A stretch of 32,000 bases of DNA from Pseudoalteromonas tetraodonis (GCF_002310835.1 NZ_CP011041.1:660001-692000); one strand, 5' to 3'. Positions 17,350 through 27,064 are shown, counted from the stretch's first letter. Made by a program: numbers and translations. Notes: generated by a model from the letters alone, not told the origin.

Positions 17350-18642
17350 GTGCCATTGTTAATGTTTGCAAGTTACCGTAGTCCAAACAGTTTATCTAAA
17401 AAAATGATGCGCGTTATTTTCTCTATCTACTTGTTTGTAACCTGCCTCATAACAAGCATGCAGTTTTTAACTGAATACTTAAAAACACAAGACTCAATCT
17501 CCTATGAATTAAAACAGTTGCAAGAAACTGTTCAGGGTCCTGTTTCGACGAGTTTGTGGCAATATGACCAAACTCAGTTAGGTGTACTCGTTGATGGGCT
17601 TGTTAAAATGCCGGTTATTGAGGGGGTTGATGTTTTTGACAAACATGGCAACAGCATGATTTCTAAACGTTCTTACACTCAAGCCTCACTTCCTCTCTCA
17701 ATTTTTGAAACTAAATCTGAGTTGTATTGGACGCTTAATGGTACACGGGTTTTTCTTGGCACATTGGTGCTCTATTCATCGTCTGAGGTGGTTTTAGATC
17801 GTGTTTTATTTGGTTTTTTCTTAATTGCTATTACGGCAATGATAAAATTATCAATTTTGTTTGGGTTATTTATTTGGGCTTTCGATCGTTACCTAGCCAG
17901 GCCTTTAAAAGAATTGATGCAACAAGTTAATGAGGTCCAATCAAGTAAAAATACACGTAAACGGATCAATCTTTCACATATTGAAAACAACGAGCTCAGC
18001 CAGCTCCAAGATCATATGAATACGATGCTCTTTAGTATGGAAAGGGATCGGGAGCGATTACTCGAGGATGAAAAATCTAAACGAGATTGGCTGGAAGAGG
18101 CCGTTACAAAACGTACAAAAGATCTACAAGTATTAAATGAAAAACTTAAAACGCTTGCAACAAGAGACTCTCTAACGGGTACTTTAAATCGGGGGAGCTT
18201 TTTTGATACAGCAAATCATTTGCTAGAACTTTCTCAGCGACAGAAATTACCCGCATCTTTTATTTTAATTGACTTAGACTACTTTAAAAACATTAACGAT
18301 ACGTATGGACATTTTGTTGGTGATAAGGTGCTTATTCATTTTACCGACACAGTTCAGAGCATGATAAGAGAGTCTGACCTTATTGGTAGAGTGGGTGGAG
18401 AGGAGTTTGCACTATTTCTTCCAAATACAGGGCTTGATAACTCGTTCAAACTCGCTAATAAAATAAGAAAGGCTGTGGTTGATTCAACCTTAGAAGTTGA
18501 TGGTGAAACTGTAATCTATACTGTAAGCATAGGCGTTGCCTCATCCGAGCTAAAAGACTGCTCAGTTACTGAGTTATTCAAAGTCGCTGACTTGAAGCTT
18601 TACTGCGCTAAAGACAAAGGACGTGATCGTGTTGAAAAATAA
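17350..18642 (+). CDS. Membrane-bound diguanylate cyclase (periplasmic sensor domain, HAMP-like linker, GGDEF)
   Basis: Two TM segments flank a loop of about 120 aa. Active-site GGEEF with the I-site RESD five residues upstream. The start is uncertain: GTG 17350, ATG 17362 or ATG 17404. Confidence 0.9.
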   Translation: MPLLMFASYRSPNSLSKKMMRVIFSIYLFVTCLITSMQFLTEYLKTQDSISYELKQLQETVQGPVSTSLWQYDQTQLGVLVDGLVKMPVIEGVDVFDKHGNSMISKRSYTQASLPLSIFETKSELYWTLNGTRVFLGTLVLYSSSEVVLDRVLFGFFLIAITAMIKLSILFGLFIWAFDRYLARPLKELMQQVNEVQSSKNTRKRINLSHIENNELSQLQDHMNTMLFSMERDRERLLEDEKSKRDWLEEAVTKRTKDLQVLNEKLKTLATRDSLTGTLNRGSFFDTANHLLELSQRQKLPASFILIDLDYFKNINDTYGHFVGDKVLIHFTDTVQSMIRESDLIGRVGGEEFALFLPNTGLDNSFKLANKIRKAVVDSTLEVDGETVIYTVSIGVASSELKDCSVTELFKVADLKLYCAKDKGRDRVEK

Positions 18643-18643
18643 A

Positions 18644-19453
18644 ATGTTTAAAGGTAAAAAAAAGATCTCTCAAGTGCTGCTTATATCCTTATTGTTAGCA
18701 TTGAGTATAGGTAATTTTAGTCATGCCAATACATTAAAAGTTTGCTACGACCAATGGCCTCCTATGACCATATTTCCGTCAGAGGGTTTTCCTGCCCGCG
18801 GCTTTGTGATTGATATGCTAGAGCAAATATATACATCAAAAGGCTATCAATTAGAATATTACGAAGTGCCTTTGGCAAGGGGGCTCGATATGGTTGCGGA
18901 TGGTCTTTGCGATATGTTGCCAGAATATTTATTTTCGCAAGACATCGAAGTGGGTTTCGAGTACGCCTCAGAGGCAACATTTGCATATCCAACTGCTTTT
19001 GTTGTTAGGCAGGATGAATCCTGGCGCTATGATGGGATTCAATCCATACAAGGAAAGCGTGTTGCAACAGGGCCTGGGTGGGATTACAGCTCGGTAAGTG
19101 TTGATTATCAAAATTATATTGATGATCCAAATAATTCTGATTTAGTGGAAGTAATCGCGGGCTCTAGCGATGTGGTAGAACGGATTTTTCAGATGATTAA
19201 AGCGGGAAGAATCGATCTATATGCAGATAATATGCTGGTTTTACAGTACATGTTGAATCGATTTGATTGGAACAATGGATTAAAAATAGTGCGTCCAGGC
19301 TTAGAAAATAAATTGGTTGAAATACCTATTTTTTCAAATAAAATGCCCGCAGAAAGAAGGCAAACGCTAATAAATATATGGAACAGTGGTCGTTTATCTA
19401 TCAAAGGAGATAAACAAAAAATGCTTCTTAAAAAGTATAATGTGGCTTTATAA
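18644..19453 (+). CDS. Periplasmic solute-binding-protein-like protein (family 3 SBP fold)
   Basis: I trimmed the start to the ATG 1 nt after the cyclase stop. Signal peptide LLISLLLALSIGNFSHA. LKVCYDQWPP and DLYADN resemble amino-acid-type SBPs. No ABC permease or ATPase gene is nearby. Confidence 0.7.
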   Translation: MFKGKKKISQVLLISLLLALSIGNFSHANTLKVCYDQWPPMTIFPSEGFPARGFVIDMLEQIYTSKGYQLEYYEVPLARGLDMVADGLCDMLPEYLFSQDIEVGFEYASEATFAYPTAFVVRQDESWRYDGIQSIQGKRVATGPGWDYSSVSVDYQNYIDDPNNSDLVEVIAGSSDVVERIFQMIKAGRIDLYADNMLVLQYMLNRFDWNNGLKIVRPGLENKLVEIPIFSNKMPAERRQTLINIWNSGRLSIKGDKQKMLLKKYNVAL

Positions 19454-19618
19454 GTGCTTTAAAATGCCCCAATAGCACGCGCTAAGAAAGTGAGATATTT
19501 AATTTGATTATGATCTTATACTTTTTTTCCCCGTAAATTAATTAGTATTAAATTACTTTGTACTGAGTTTTTTACTCGGATATTATATACCTCAACCTCT
19601 TGTTGCGAATAAAACATC

Positions 19619-20611
19619 ATGACTCAATTGACCGCAAAACAGAATATTCAAGCCATTGTTAAAGCGATTAAGGCGGAAGAAGCGCTGCTTCGTCAAAAAC
19701 ATCCATTGTTAATGCATCAAAACACCTTGGGAATGGCTATCTTATTGCTCTCGCTAAGTGCGTTAATTGGGGTTGGTACTTTGTATTACTTTGCCATTAT
19801 CCCTGCTTGGCTTTGTATTGTATTGGCCGCTATAGCCACCTCTATTTCGCACGAGCTTGAGCACGATCTTATTCATAAGCAGTACTTTAGCAACCAGCCT
19901 TTTTTACACAATTTTATGATGTTTACTGTGTGGTTGATGCGCCCTAATACGATTAGCCCGTGGTATCGTCGCAAGATGCATTTGCATCACCACAAAACGT
20001 CGGGCACTGAGCAAGACCTAGAAGAACGTTTGGTAGGTAATGGTATTAAAAACCCGTTTTTACGTGCATTGGTGATTGTTGATGGATTGCTTGGTTTATT
20101 AATTAACGCAAAACGTTTTAGTAAAGAAATTAAAGGGTTTAGCTTTTTTAAAGTGTTTAACGCAGGTTTTCCAATTACTACTGCTTATTTTGCTATTTTA
20201 TACAGTGTGATAGGGTTTCATTTAATTAATTTATTTACCCCAATTGCGGCTAACTCACCGGCATTATTGCTCGATGTAATGAATGTGTTCGAGTTTTTAA
20301 TGGTGGTGCTGATAGTGCCTAACATTGTACGTTCGAGCTCACTTAATTTTGTTACCTCCAGTATGCATTATTACGGCGGTGTTAATAATATGCTTGAGCA
20401 AACTCACGTAATTACTAGCCGTTTGTTTATGCCGTTTAATTTGTTTTGCTTTAACTTTGGCCACACCCACACAATTCATCATTTTGTGCCGAATCAGCCG
20501 TTTTATTTACGTCAAATGATTAGCAAAAAAATTCTTGAAGTGATGCGCCAGCACGGTGTGCGTTTTAACGATTTTGCTAGTATAAAAAAAGCTAATTTGT
20601 ATCAATCATAA
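19619..20611 (+). CDS. Membrane fatty-acid-desaturase-family di-iron enzyme
   Basis: 330 aa with three histidine boxes (HELEHDLIH, HLHHH, HTIHH) and several TM segments. Confidence 0.8.
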   Translation: MTQLTAKQNIQAIVKAIKAEEALLRQKHPLLMHQNTLGMAILLLSLSALIGVGTLYYFAIIPAWLCIVLAAIATSISHELEHDLIHKQYFSNQPFLHNFMMFTVWLMRPNTISPWYRRKMHLHHHKTSGTEQDLEERLVGNGIKNPFLRALVIVDGLLGLLINAKRFSKEIKGFSFFKVFNAGFPITTAYFAILYSVIGFHLINLFTPIAANSPALLLDVMNVFEFLMVVLIVPNIVRSSSLNFVTSSMHYYGGVNNMLEQTHVITSRLFMPFNLFCFNFGHTHTIHHFVPNQPFYLRQMISKKILEVMRQHGVRFNDFASIKKANLYQS

Positions 20612-20654
20612 AGCTTGTTTTTACTCAATCTTCGAGGTTGCTGCTTTATTAACC

Positions 20655-20677
20655 TTGCCTAGCCTAAGGCTAGGCAA
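20655..20677. repeat. Perfect 23-nt GC-rich palindrome TTGCCTAGCCT-A-AGGCTAGGCAA
   Basis: Verified base by base. Located 44 bp after the desaturase-family stop, with no adjacent T tract on either strand. Confidence 0.9.
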
Positions 20678-21013
20678 TACCCCTAGTAAAATCAGATAAA
20701 GCTTATAAAACTTCCCTTTAGTACCTACTTAATCTATTACTCAGAGCTTTTTAAATTTAGTCCTTAATTGATGCCACTTAGCGCTTTGTTATGTAATTGA
20801 ATACTAAGTTTAATTTTTTGATTTTAATTGATTTTTTTTAGAGTTATGGCTTGCCTTATACTCAATTTTTCACCCTTATGTTTTTATGTTATGAATAAAA
20901 AAGCACGTTAATCGAATTGAAATATTTCTGTAATATTTAGGTGTTCTAATGCGCTCTGAAACAAAAACGTCATCAAAATGCCATAATCGGTAAGACAAAA
21001 CTGAGATTTAAAC

Positions 21014-22153
21014 ATGAGTGAATCAAAGCGCAATACGCTATTAATAAAAACGCTTAACTGGGCTGCTATCGCCTTTTTAGTTTATTTAGTCCTTGTAGCC
21101 GTTGGCACTGTCAGTGGTGGTTTTAAATTAGCGTCGGGCGGTACTGAGGGAGCGAAAGAGATTTTTGCATTCGCAACCAACCCGTTTATCGCATTATTAT
21201 TAGGTGCTTTAGCAACCGCTTTAGTGCAATCATCATCAACGGTTACCTCAGTTATAGTGGGACTAGTTGCTGGCGGTTTACCGTTAAGTATTGCTATTCC
21301 AATGGTGATGGGTGCAAATATTGGTACCACTATTACTAACACCTTAGTGTCTATTGGCCATATTCGCTCTAAAGAAGAGTTCCAACGTGCATTTGCGGCA
21401 TCAACTGTTCATGATTTCTTTAATTTATTTGCCGTTATTATATTTTTACCGCTAGAAATAATGTTTGGTTTGCTGCAAAAAATGTCTGCTGCTTTATCGC
21501 ACTTATTTATTGGTGATGCCGACTTATCATTAAAGAGCTACAACTTTATTAAACCACTCGTAAAACCAGCTGTGGGCGTAATAAAAGATGCATTTAGTTT
21601 TTTAGATACAAAAATGCTAGGTGCAGCGATGGTTATTGCAGGTATTTGTTTGATTTTATTTGCCGTAACTACATTAGGTAAATTACTTAAAAAAGCGCTG
21701 GTTGGCACTGCAAAAGATATACTGCATGGAGCCATTGGGCGCGGGCCTATCGCGGGTATCACATCAGGTGCGGCAGTAACAATTATGGTTCAGTCATCAT
21801 CAACGACAACCAGTTTGATGATCCCACTTGCTGGAAGTGGTGTGTTTACTACGCGTCAAATTTACCCATTCACACTGGGAGCTAACATCGGTACAACCAT
21901 TACTGCTTTATTAGCGGCCACATCAATTACAGGGCCTATGGCTGAGGTTGCGCTAACAATTGCATTGGTACACGTTATGTTTAATGTATTTGCAGTTGCA
22001 CTTATTTACGGCGTTCCTGTGCTGCGTGAAATACCGCTAAAACTTGCTGAAAAGCTAGCCGAAATTGGTACAAATAATAAATCAGCAGCATTAGGCTATA
22101 TACTAGGATCGTTCTTTGTGGTGCCTGGTTTAATTGTACTGGCCGTTCGATAA
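21014..22153 (+). CDS. Na+/phosphate cotransporter family protein (NptA-type, no PhoU-like tail)
   Basis: 379 aa with an internal duplication of the signature (QSSSTVTS...GANIGTTITN and QSSSTTTS...GANIGTTITA). Confidence 0.88.
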   Translation: MSESKRNTLLIKTLNWAAIAFLVYLVLVAVGTVSGGFKLASGGTEGAKEIFAFATNPFIALLLGALATALVQSSSTVTSVIVGLVAGGLPLSIAIPMVMGANIGTTITNTLVSIGHIRSKEEFQRAFAASTVHDFFNLFAVIIFLPLEIMFGLLQKMSAALSHLFIGDADLSLKSYNFIKPLVKPAVGVIKDAFSFLDTKMLGAAMVIAGICLILFAVTTLGKLLKKALVGTAKDILHGAIGRGPIAGITSGAAVTIMVQSSSTTTSLMIPLAGSGVFTTRQIYPFTLGANIGTTITALLAATSITGPMAEVALTIALVHVMFNVFAVALIYGVPVLREIPLKLAEKLAEIGTNNKSAALGYILGSFFVVPGLIVLAVR

Positions 22154-22175
22154 GTAGAAATAAACGTATAAAAGG

Positions 22176-22209
22176 AATGCGCTATATAATTTATATAGCG
22201 CATTTTTTG
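22176..22209. terminator. Bidirectional terminator (Na/Pi gene + / TonB-dependent receptor -)
   Basis: 14-nt perfect arms AATGCGCTATATAA/TTATATAGCGCATT followed by T6. Confidence 0.85.
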
Positions 22210-22211
22210 TT

Positions 22212-24293
22212 TTACCACTGGTAACTTACAGACAACATGGCATTACGTGGTTTACCTGGGAAGTAACGATCCCCAGTAAAGCTGGTGTAATCGGCGCGCT
22301 CAGCGTAGGCTGTGTTAGTTAAGTTTATAATTCGGGCACTCAGTAATAGCTGTGGACTAATTTGCCACTGGCCGCGCAAGCTTAAAATATCGTGGCCTTG
22401 ATATTCATGTAAGTTTTCAGGGTCGGAAAAGTAGCGGCTCACATAGTGCCATTGCAGCGCAAGGCTAATACTCTCGTTGGCTTGCCAGTTAAAATCGATA
22501 TTAGCAACCTTTCGAGGTGCGGTATCAATATCGTTACCTTTAATATTAATGCTGCCAATAACTTGCTCATTCGAGTACGTATGCTTGGCATAGGTGCCTG
22601 CAAAATTAACAGATAAGTGCTGATTAAAGCTATGCGCTAATTCAAGCTCAATACCGCGATGCCGAGTTTGGCCGTCATTAACAGTAAAAAAGTCACTGTC
22701 GCGGTAGATGGTATTGTGCTTGCTCATCGCATACATCGATAAGCCATAGCGAGTATTGTTGTACACCCCTTTAATACCCATCTCAGCATTATTAGCTATT
22801 TCTGCGTCTAAGTCGGCAGTACTTTGCTCGCGTTGTAATTGATAGAGCTCAGCCGCTTGGGGGGCTCGATAGCCTCTTGAAAAATTAGCGTATAATGTAT
22901 TGTTAGTATTAAGCTGATAGCTCACCCCGAGTTTTGGCGAAAGATTACTAAAGCTGTTTTTAGTGCTTTCGGGGCGGCTATAACGACAGCCACCAAAACC
23001 ACATTCGTTGCCATCCTCTTTTGTACGCCCTGCAAGCATATTATTTTGATAGTCATATTGCATGTGCTCATAACGCAGTCCTGCGGTTATAAGCCAATTA
23101 TTTAGTTGCCAATCAATAGCGGCAAATGGAGCATATAAGGTGGCGTCAACTTGGTAATCGTAATGTTTACCTTGCGGCACTGTGGCTACTAAAAACGCAG
23201 AACCTTGAGTCGGTTTATCTTGGGTTTGTAAAAAATCGGCTTGAGTAAACTCACCATCAAAACCAAGTTTTAGGTTGGTATTGTCGTTCACATAATGTTG
23301 ATAAAGCGATTGTAGGCCAAACCCTGTTTGACTGTTTTTTTCGAGCGGAGTACCGGGTAAAAAGTGTTTGAAAAAGTCCATGCTTTGGTCACGAAGATAA
23401 GGAGTAACAACAAGCGTGTTCTCACCTAATTGCCAGCTTACTTTACTCCAAGCCCTAAGCGAGCGAGCTTTTCTAAAGGCGTCAGGATCAAAATTTTGCT
23501 GTGCAATATCTTCATCTTTATAGCTTTGAAAGCCACTAATATATCCTGCGGTTTGTTGGTCTAAGTCGGTATAGGTCAACCCCGATATTAAACTTAAGTT
23601 GTTGTTAGCGTATCGATGTCGCACATTTATTTTTTGTTGTTTAACGCTTTCATCATCTCGGTAACCGCCATCATCGGTAAAGCTGGCATTAATACCGAAC
23701 CCTGAATTATCCATAGCATGGCCTGCACGCAATTTATAGCGAGCATAACCGTAAGAGCCATAATCAACACCCAGTAAACCACCACCTTGGGTCGTGTCTG
23801 GTGTAATGACGTTAATTACGCCATGCACTGCATTTGAGCCATACAGTGCAGAGCCTGGGCCTTTTAATACTTCAATACGCTGTGCCATCTCACTATGTGC
23901 TTCAAATAGCTCATTAATATTACAAAACCCAGCTGCACGAAGTGCAATACCATCTTCAGCAGTTAAAATCCCTCCACAAGCCCCCGTACCAGAAAGCACC
24001 TGCGAGCGCAGGGCGGGTAAATACTCTTGACCATTACCACGTTGTACATTGGCACCTGCAACGCGTTGCAGTGCTTCTTCTACATGGGTAGGGGCAATAA
24101 GCTCAAGCTGTGATTCGCTTAATACACTGATCACCAAAGGTAATGGGGTGGAAAGCGCTTCACTACGTGATGCTGTGGTTGTGATACGTTCAATTGATTG
24201 CGCGGTATCTTCAGCACACGCACTATTAATTAAACTTAACTGACTGCATAACAATAAAGGGGGTAAATAGTAGTATTTCATAAATTCCAGCAC
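22212..24293 (-). CDS. TonB-dependent outer-membrane receptor, substrate unknown
   Basis: 693 aa with a signal peptide, the plug motif IEVLKGPGSALYGSNAVHGVINVIT, a beta-barrel and a C-terminal SVSYQW. The start may be the ATG at 24281. Confidence 0.92.
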   Translation of the reverse strand: MLEFMKYYYLPPLLLCSQLSLINSACAEDTAQSIERITTTASRSEALSTPLPLVISVLSESQLELIAPTHVEEALQRVAGANVQRGNGQEYLPALRSQVLSGTGACGGILTAEDGIALRAAGFCNINELFEAHSEMAQRIEVLKGPGSALYGSNAVHGVINVITPDTTQGGGLLGVDYGSYGYARYKLRAGHAMDNSGFGINASFTDDGGYRDDESVKQQKINVRHRYANNNLSLISGLTYTDLDQQTAGYISGFQSYKDEDIAQQNFDPDAFRKARSLRAWSKVSWQLGENTLVVTPYLRDQSMDFFKHFLPGTPLEKNSQTGFGLQSLYQHYVNDNTNLKLGFDGEFTQADFLQTQDKPTQGSAFLVATVPQGKHYDYQVDATLYAPFAAIDWQLNNWLITAGLRYEHMQYDYQNNMLAGRTKEDGNECGFGGCRYSRPESTKNSFSNLSPKLGVSYQLNTNNTLYANFSRGYRAPQAAELYQLQREQSTADLDAEIANNAEMGIKGVYNNTRYGLSMYAMSKHNTIYRDSDFFTVNDGQTRHRGIELELAHSFNQHLSVNFAGTYAKHTYSNEQVIGSINIKGNDIDTAPRKVANIDFNWQANESISLALQWHYVSRYFSDPENLHEYQGHDILSLRGQWQISPQLLLSARIINLTNTAYAERADYTSFTGDRYFPGKPRNAMLSVSYQW

Positions 24294-24337
24294 ATCGGCA
24301 ATTTGATAAGTTTAGGGTAGGGGATTTTGTGAATTGG

Positions 24338-24994
24338 TTAAAGCACACTCAACCTATAAACCCGATAAGTAATCGATAAAACAATACAAAAAATGCCGGG
24401 CACAACTAAAGTCAGCACTGAGTAATGTTTAAATAGCAATACGCCTACCACTCCGCCGGTTAAAAAACCGGCAATAATTAATACAAAAACAATGCACTTT
24501 CTAGTATCGAATGTTTGTCCTTTTAGGGCTTTTCCAAACATTAACCCTAGGTCGGTAAATATACCGGTTAAATGAGTGGTACGCACTACAGCGCCGCTGT
24601 AGTTAGTGGCCAAAGCATTTTGTAAGCCGCAGGCAGCAGAGGCAAGTGTAAGTGCGTAAGGGTAAGAATATTGAAGTAGCTGTGCGCTTAACAGCAGTAA
24701 AATACCCTCAATAAATAAGAGCGTATCGTAATGGCGGCCTAGCTTAAGTGAACCGCCTGAAAGCATTAAGCCTGTTAATGCCGAGCCGAGTATAAAACTC
24801 AGTACAATCGCAACTAAAAATAACGCCGCCTTGATGTTGGTAGTAAGTTCAATAGCTAATGAAGTCACCGACCCTGAAACGTGAGAAATTGCTTGCTGTT
24901 CAAACCCTAATAAACCTACTGCGTTTACCATACCGGCAATAAAAGCGAGGGTAAACGCACCATATTCGACCCACTTAGGTAGTTTTGTAAACAT
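24338..24994 (-). CDS. YoaK/DUF1275-family membrane protein
   Basis: I trimmed the start to MFTKLPKW (AAAAGG RBS). AFIAGMVNAVGLL...ISHVSG and VVRTTHLTG are typical of this family. It is co-directional with the receptor and 44-56 bp upstream of it. Confidence 0.8.
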   Translation of the reverse strand: MFTKLPKWVEYGAFTLAFIAGMVNAVGLLGFEQQAISHVSGSVTSLAIELTTNIKAALFLVAIVLSFILGSALTGLMLSGGSLKLGRHYDTLLFIEGILLLLSAQLLQYSYPYALTLASAACGLQNALATNYSGAVVRTTHLTGIFTDLGLMFGKALKGQTFDTRKCIVFVLIIAGFLTGGVVGVLLFKHYSVLTLVVPGIFCIVLSITYRVYRLSVL

Positions 24995-25137
24995 CCTTTT
25001 AGCTCCGGTTTCAGTGTGTAGATTAATCATACACTTAATTAAAGTTAATAAATGAAAAGAGATTATATTTTTAACATCACAACCAAGTGATGATCGCTAA
25101 ATTTAACTTTTGCGTATTAACCAAATTTGGAATTAAT

Positions 25138-25386
25138 ATGTTTAACCAAGAACAGCAATCACGCATTATAGAAATGGCATGGGAAGACAGAACGCCATTT
25201 GAAGCCATTGAAAATCTGTATGGGCTAAATTACTCTCAGTTAGTTAATTTTATGCGTGACCACATATCTAGCGGCTCATTTAAAGTATGGCGTAAGCGCC
25301 ATGCTGGGCGTAAAACTAAACACCTAAAGTTACGCGACCCCGCGATTATGCGCAGTCATTGTAAAACACAGTACAAGCAGCGTTAA
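25138..25386 (+). CDS. Small conserved protein of the TIGR03643/DUF2805 type
   Basis: I trimmed the start to MFNQEQQ. IIEMAWEDRTPFEAI is the hallmark motif I associate with this family, from memory. Confidence 0.65.
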   Translation: MFNQEQQSRIIEMAWEDRTPFEAIENLYGLNYSQLVNFMRDHISSGSFKVWRKRHAGRKTKHLKLRDPAIMRSHCKTQYKQR

Positions 25387-25459
25387 TTTTTCTCATTTCA
25401 TGTAATGTTCAGGCTTAACCGTTAATACTCTTCAGTAATGATCACACTGGAGAATCGCC

Positions 25460-25831
25460 ATGAAATCACTAATCAGTATTTTAGTAATGGTTTTTGCGCT
25501 AATGGCAACAAACGCATTTGCTGTACCACACAAAGACAAACATGCGAATAAACACGCAAACAAGCATCACTGGAAAAAGCATAAATATAACCAATACCAT
25601 GACAAAAAACGAATCTCTAAAAAACAAGCAAGGCATTTAATTCGCCAAGGGTGGACTCCACCAGGATGGCACACCCGTTATCATCAAGGCGATATCCTCG
25701 AGCATGATATTTATAAGCGTGCTAGAGTAATAGACCGAGAAAGAGACACAGTGCGAATAGAAGTTGATCGCACTATTATTCATCTAGTGCACGACACTCG
25801 TGAAATTCTCTCTATTTTACAGCGCCATTAG
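25460..25831 (+). CDS. Secreted His/Lys-rich protein with RcnB/CigR-like C-terminal domain (tentative)
   Basis: Signal peptide ending AFA-V, then HKDKHANKHANKHHWKKHKYNQYH. The PPGW plus beta-rich tail resembles the RcnB/CigR family. The family call is tentative. Confidence 0.55.
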   Translation: MKSLISILVMVFALMATNAFAVPHKDKHANKHANKHHWKKHKYNQYHDKKRISKKQARHLIRQGWTPPGWHTRYHQGDILEHDIYKRARVIDRERDTVRIEVDRTIIHLVHDTREILSILQRH

Positions 25832-25852
25832 GCACCATATAAGGACTTATAA

Positions 25853-26932
25853 ATGCTCATAGTGTTGGCGGTAATTACTGGCTTTTTGTTGTTAATAACC
25901 TTATTGCCGCTGTCATACAGTCAGCACTATTTAGTCCGTAGCTGCGATTTTGTGCGCTTGCAGGTGTGTTACCTAGCAAGCGCTGTAATTATCGTTGCAC
26001 TAATAGGTATGTGGCAAATCGACTTTATTGCATACTCATTAATAGCGGCTGTTGCTTTAATTATTTGTGCGCTTCAAGCTAAGTGGATTTATCCTTATAC
26101 ATGGCTTGCTAAAAAAGAGGTGCAAAGCGCACCGGAAAATATCAACCACAGCATTCGTATTATGTCGGCTAATGTACTTATGTCGAACCACAATAGTGAG
26201 CAGCTCATTAGCCTTGTTAATACCTATGAACCCGACCTACTCATCACTCTAGAAAGCGATAGCTGGTGGCAAGATAAGTTATCTGTGCTTAAAAAAAACT
26301 ACCCTTATCAAGTACAGTGCCCAAAAGATAACCGCTACGGCATGCATGTCTTTAGTAAATTTAACATACTCGATGCACAAATTTGTGAACTCATAGAAGA
26401 TAATATTCCCTCTATTCATATTTTGTTTGAAAATCATCAAGGGCTAAAAATGCAAGGCCACTTTATTCATCCTGCCCCACCGAGCCCAACCGAAGAAGAT
26501 TCATCGCGTCCGCGCGATAGCGAACTAATAATGGTGGCTAAAGCGCTTAAAAATCCAAGCCGCCCGACGATAGTCGCCGGCGATTTAAATGATGTAGCTT
26601 GGTCACGCAGCACCCGTTTATTTATGCAAATCAGTGGCTTTTTAGACCCACGTAAAGGACGGGGCTTTTATAACACTTTTCATGCTGGTTACTTTTTTAT
26701 GCGCTGGCCGCTCGATCACTTATTTCACTCTACAGGTTTTACTGTAAAGCGTATCAAACGTCTTGCTAAATATGGCTCCGATCACTTTGCTCTGCTTACC
26801 GAACTTGTTTATGAAGATGCTAATCAGCAATCACTCGAAACAAAGCCCAGCGAGCTTAAACAGCAGGACATACAAGAGCTTGCTATGAGCAAAGCCGATA
26901 AACGTAAAGTGCCTAGGTTTGAAAAAGGCTAG
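25853..26932 (+). CDS. Membrane-anchored endonuclease/exonuclease/phosphatase (EEP) family protein
   Basis: Three N-terminal TM segments, then EEP motifs (IRIMSANVLMSN, GDLNDVAWS, GSDHFAL). It starts 21 nt after the preceding gene. Confidence 0.85.
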   Translation: MLIVLAVITGFLLLITLLPLSYSQHYLVRSCDFVRLQVCYLASAVIIVALIGMWQIDFIAYSLIAAVALIICALQAKWIYPYTWLAKKEVQSAPENINHSIRIMSANVLMSNHNSEQLISLVNTYEPDLLITLESDSWWQDKLSVLKKNYPYQVQCPKDNRYGMHVFSKFNILDAQICELIEDNIPSIHILFENHQGLKMQGHFIHPAPPSPTEEDSSRPRDSELIMVAKALKNPSRPTIVAGDLNDVAWSRSTRLFMQISGFLDPRKGRGFYNTFHAGYFFMRWPLDHLFHSTGFTVKRIKRLAKYGSDHFALLTELVYEDANQQSLETKPSELKQQDIQELAMSKADKRKVPRFEKG

Positions 26933-27064
26933 ATGAAGTACAGGTATTAGGTTAAAGGCTTTAGGCGAAAGGCAAAATTAATACATTAGGGGCGTGCTTT
27001 TAAATTTGCGGGATTTTATATAGCGAGCTATTTAGTTGAGTGTTAATTAGCAAAGAGATTCATT

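Noticed and set aside
16990-20611. Genomic island or prophage integrated at tRNA-Leu carrying the GGDEF, SBP and desaturase-family genes
   Set aside because: The two copies of the tRNA 3' end are only 119 bp apart and bracket no genes. No integrase, transposase or far-side repeat is visible in the window. I could not establish a compositional difference by eye.
20928-20945. Possible Pho box (CTGTAAT-ATTT-AGGTGTT) upstream of the Na/Pi symporter gene
   Set aside because: Only the first heptamer resembles CTGTCAT (6 of 7). The second matches 3 of 7, which is not enough to call.
18762-24243. Overlapping or antisense ORFs within the SBP gene (18762-18992, 18894-19097, 19189-19404), Na/Pi gene (21082-21342, 21538-21762) and TonB-receptor gene (23794-24030, 24049-24243). 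The same applies to 26067-26252 and 28109-28342.
   Set aside because: All are nested in strongly supported genes, either antisense or out of frame on the same strand, and none has a recognisable motif or RBS.
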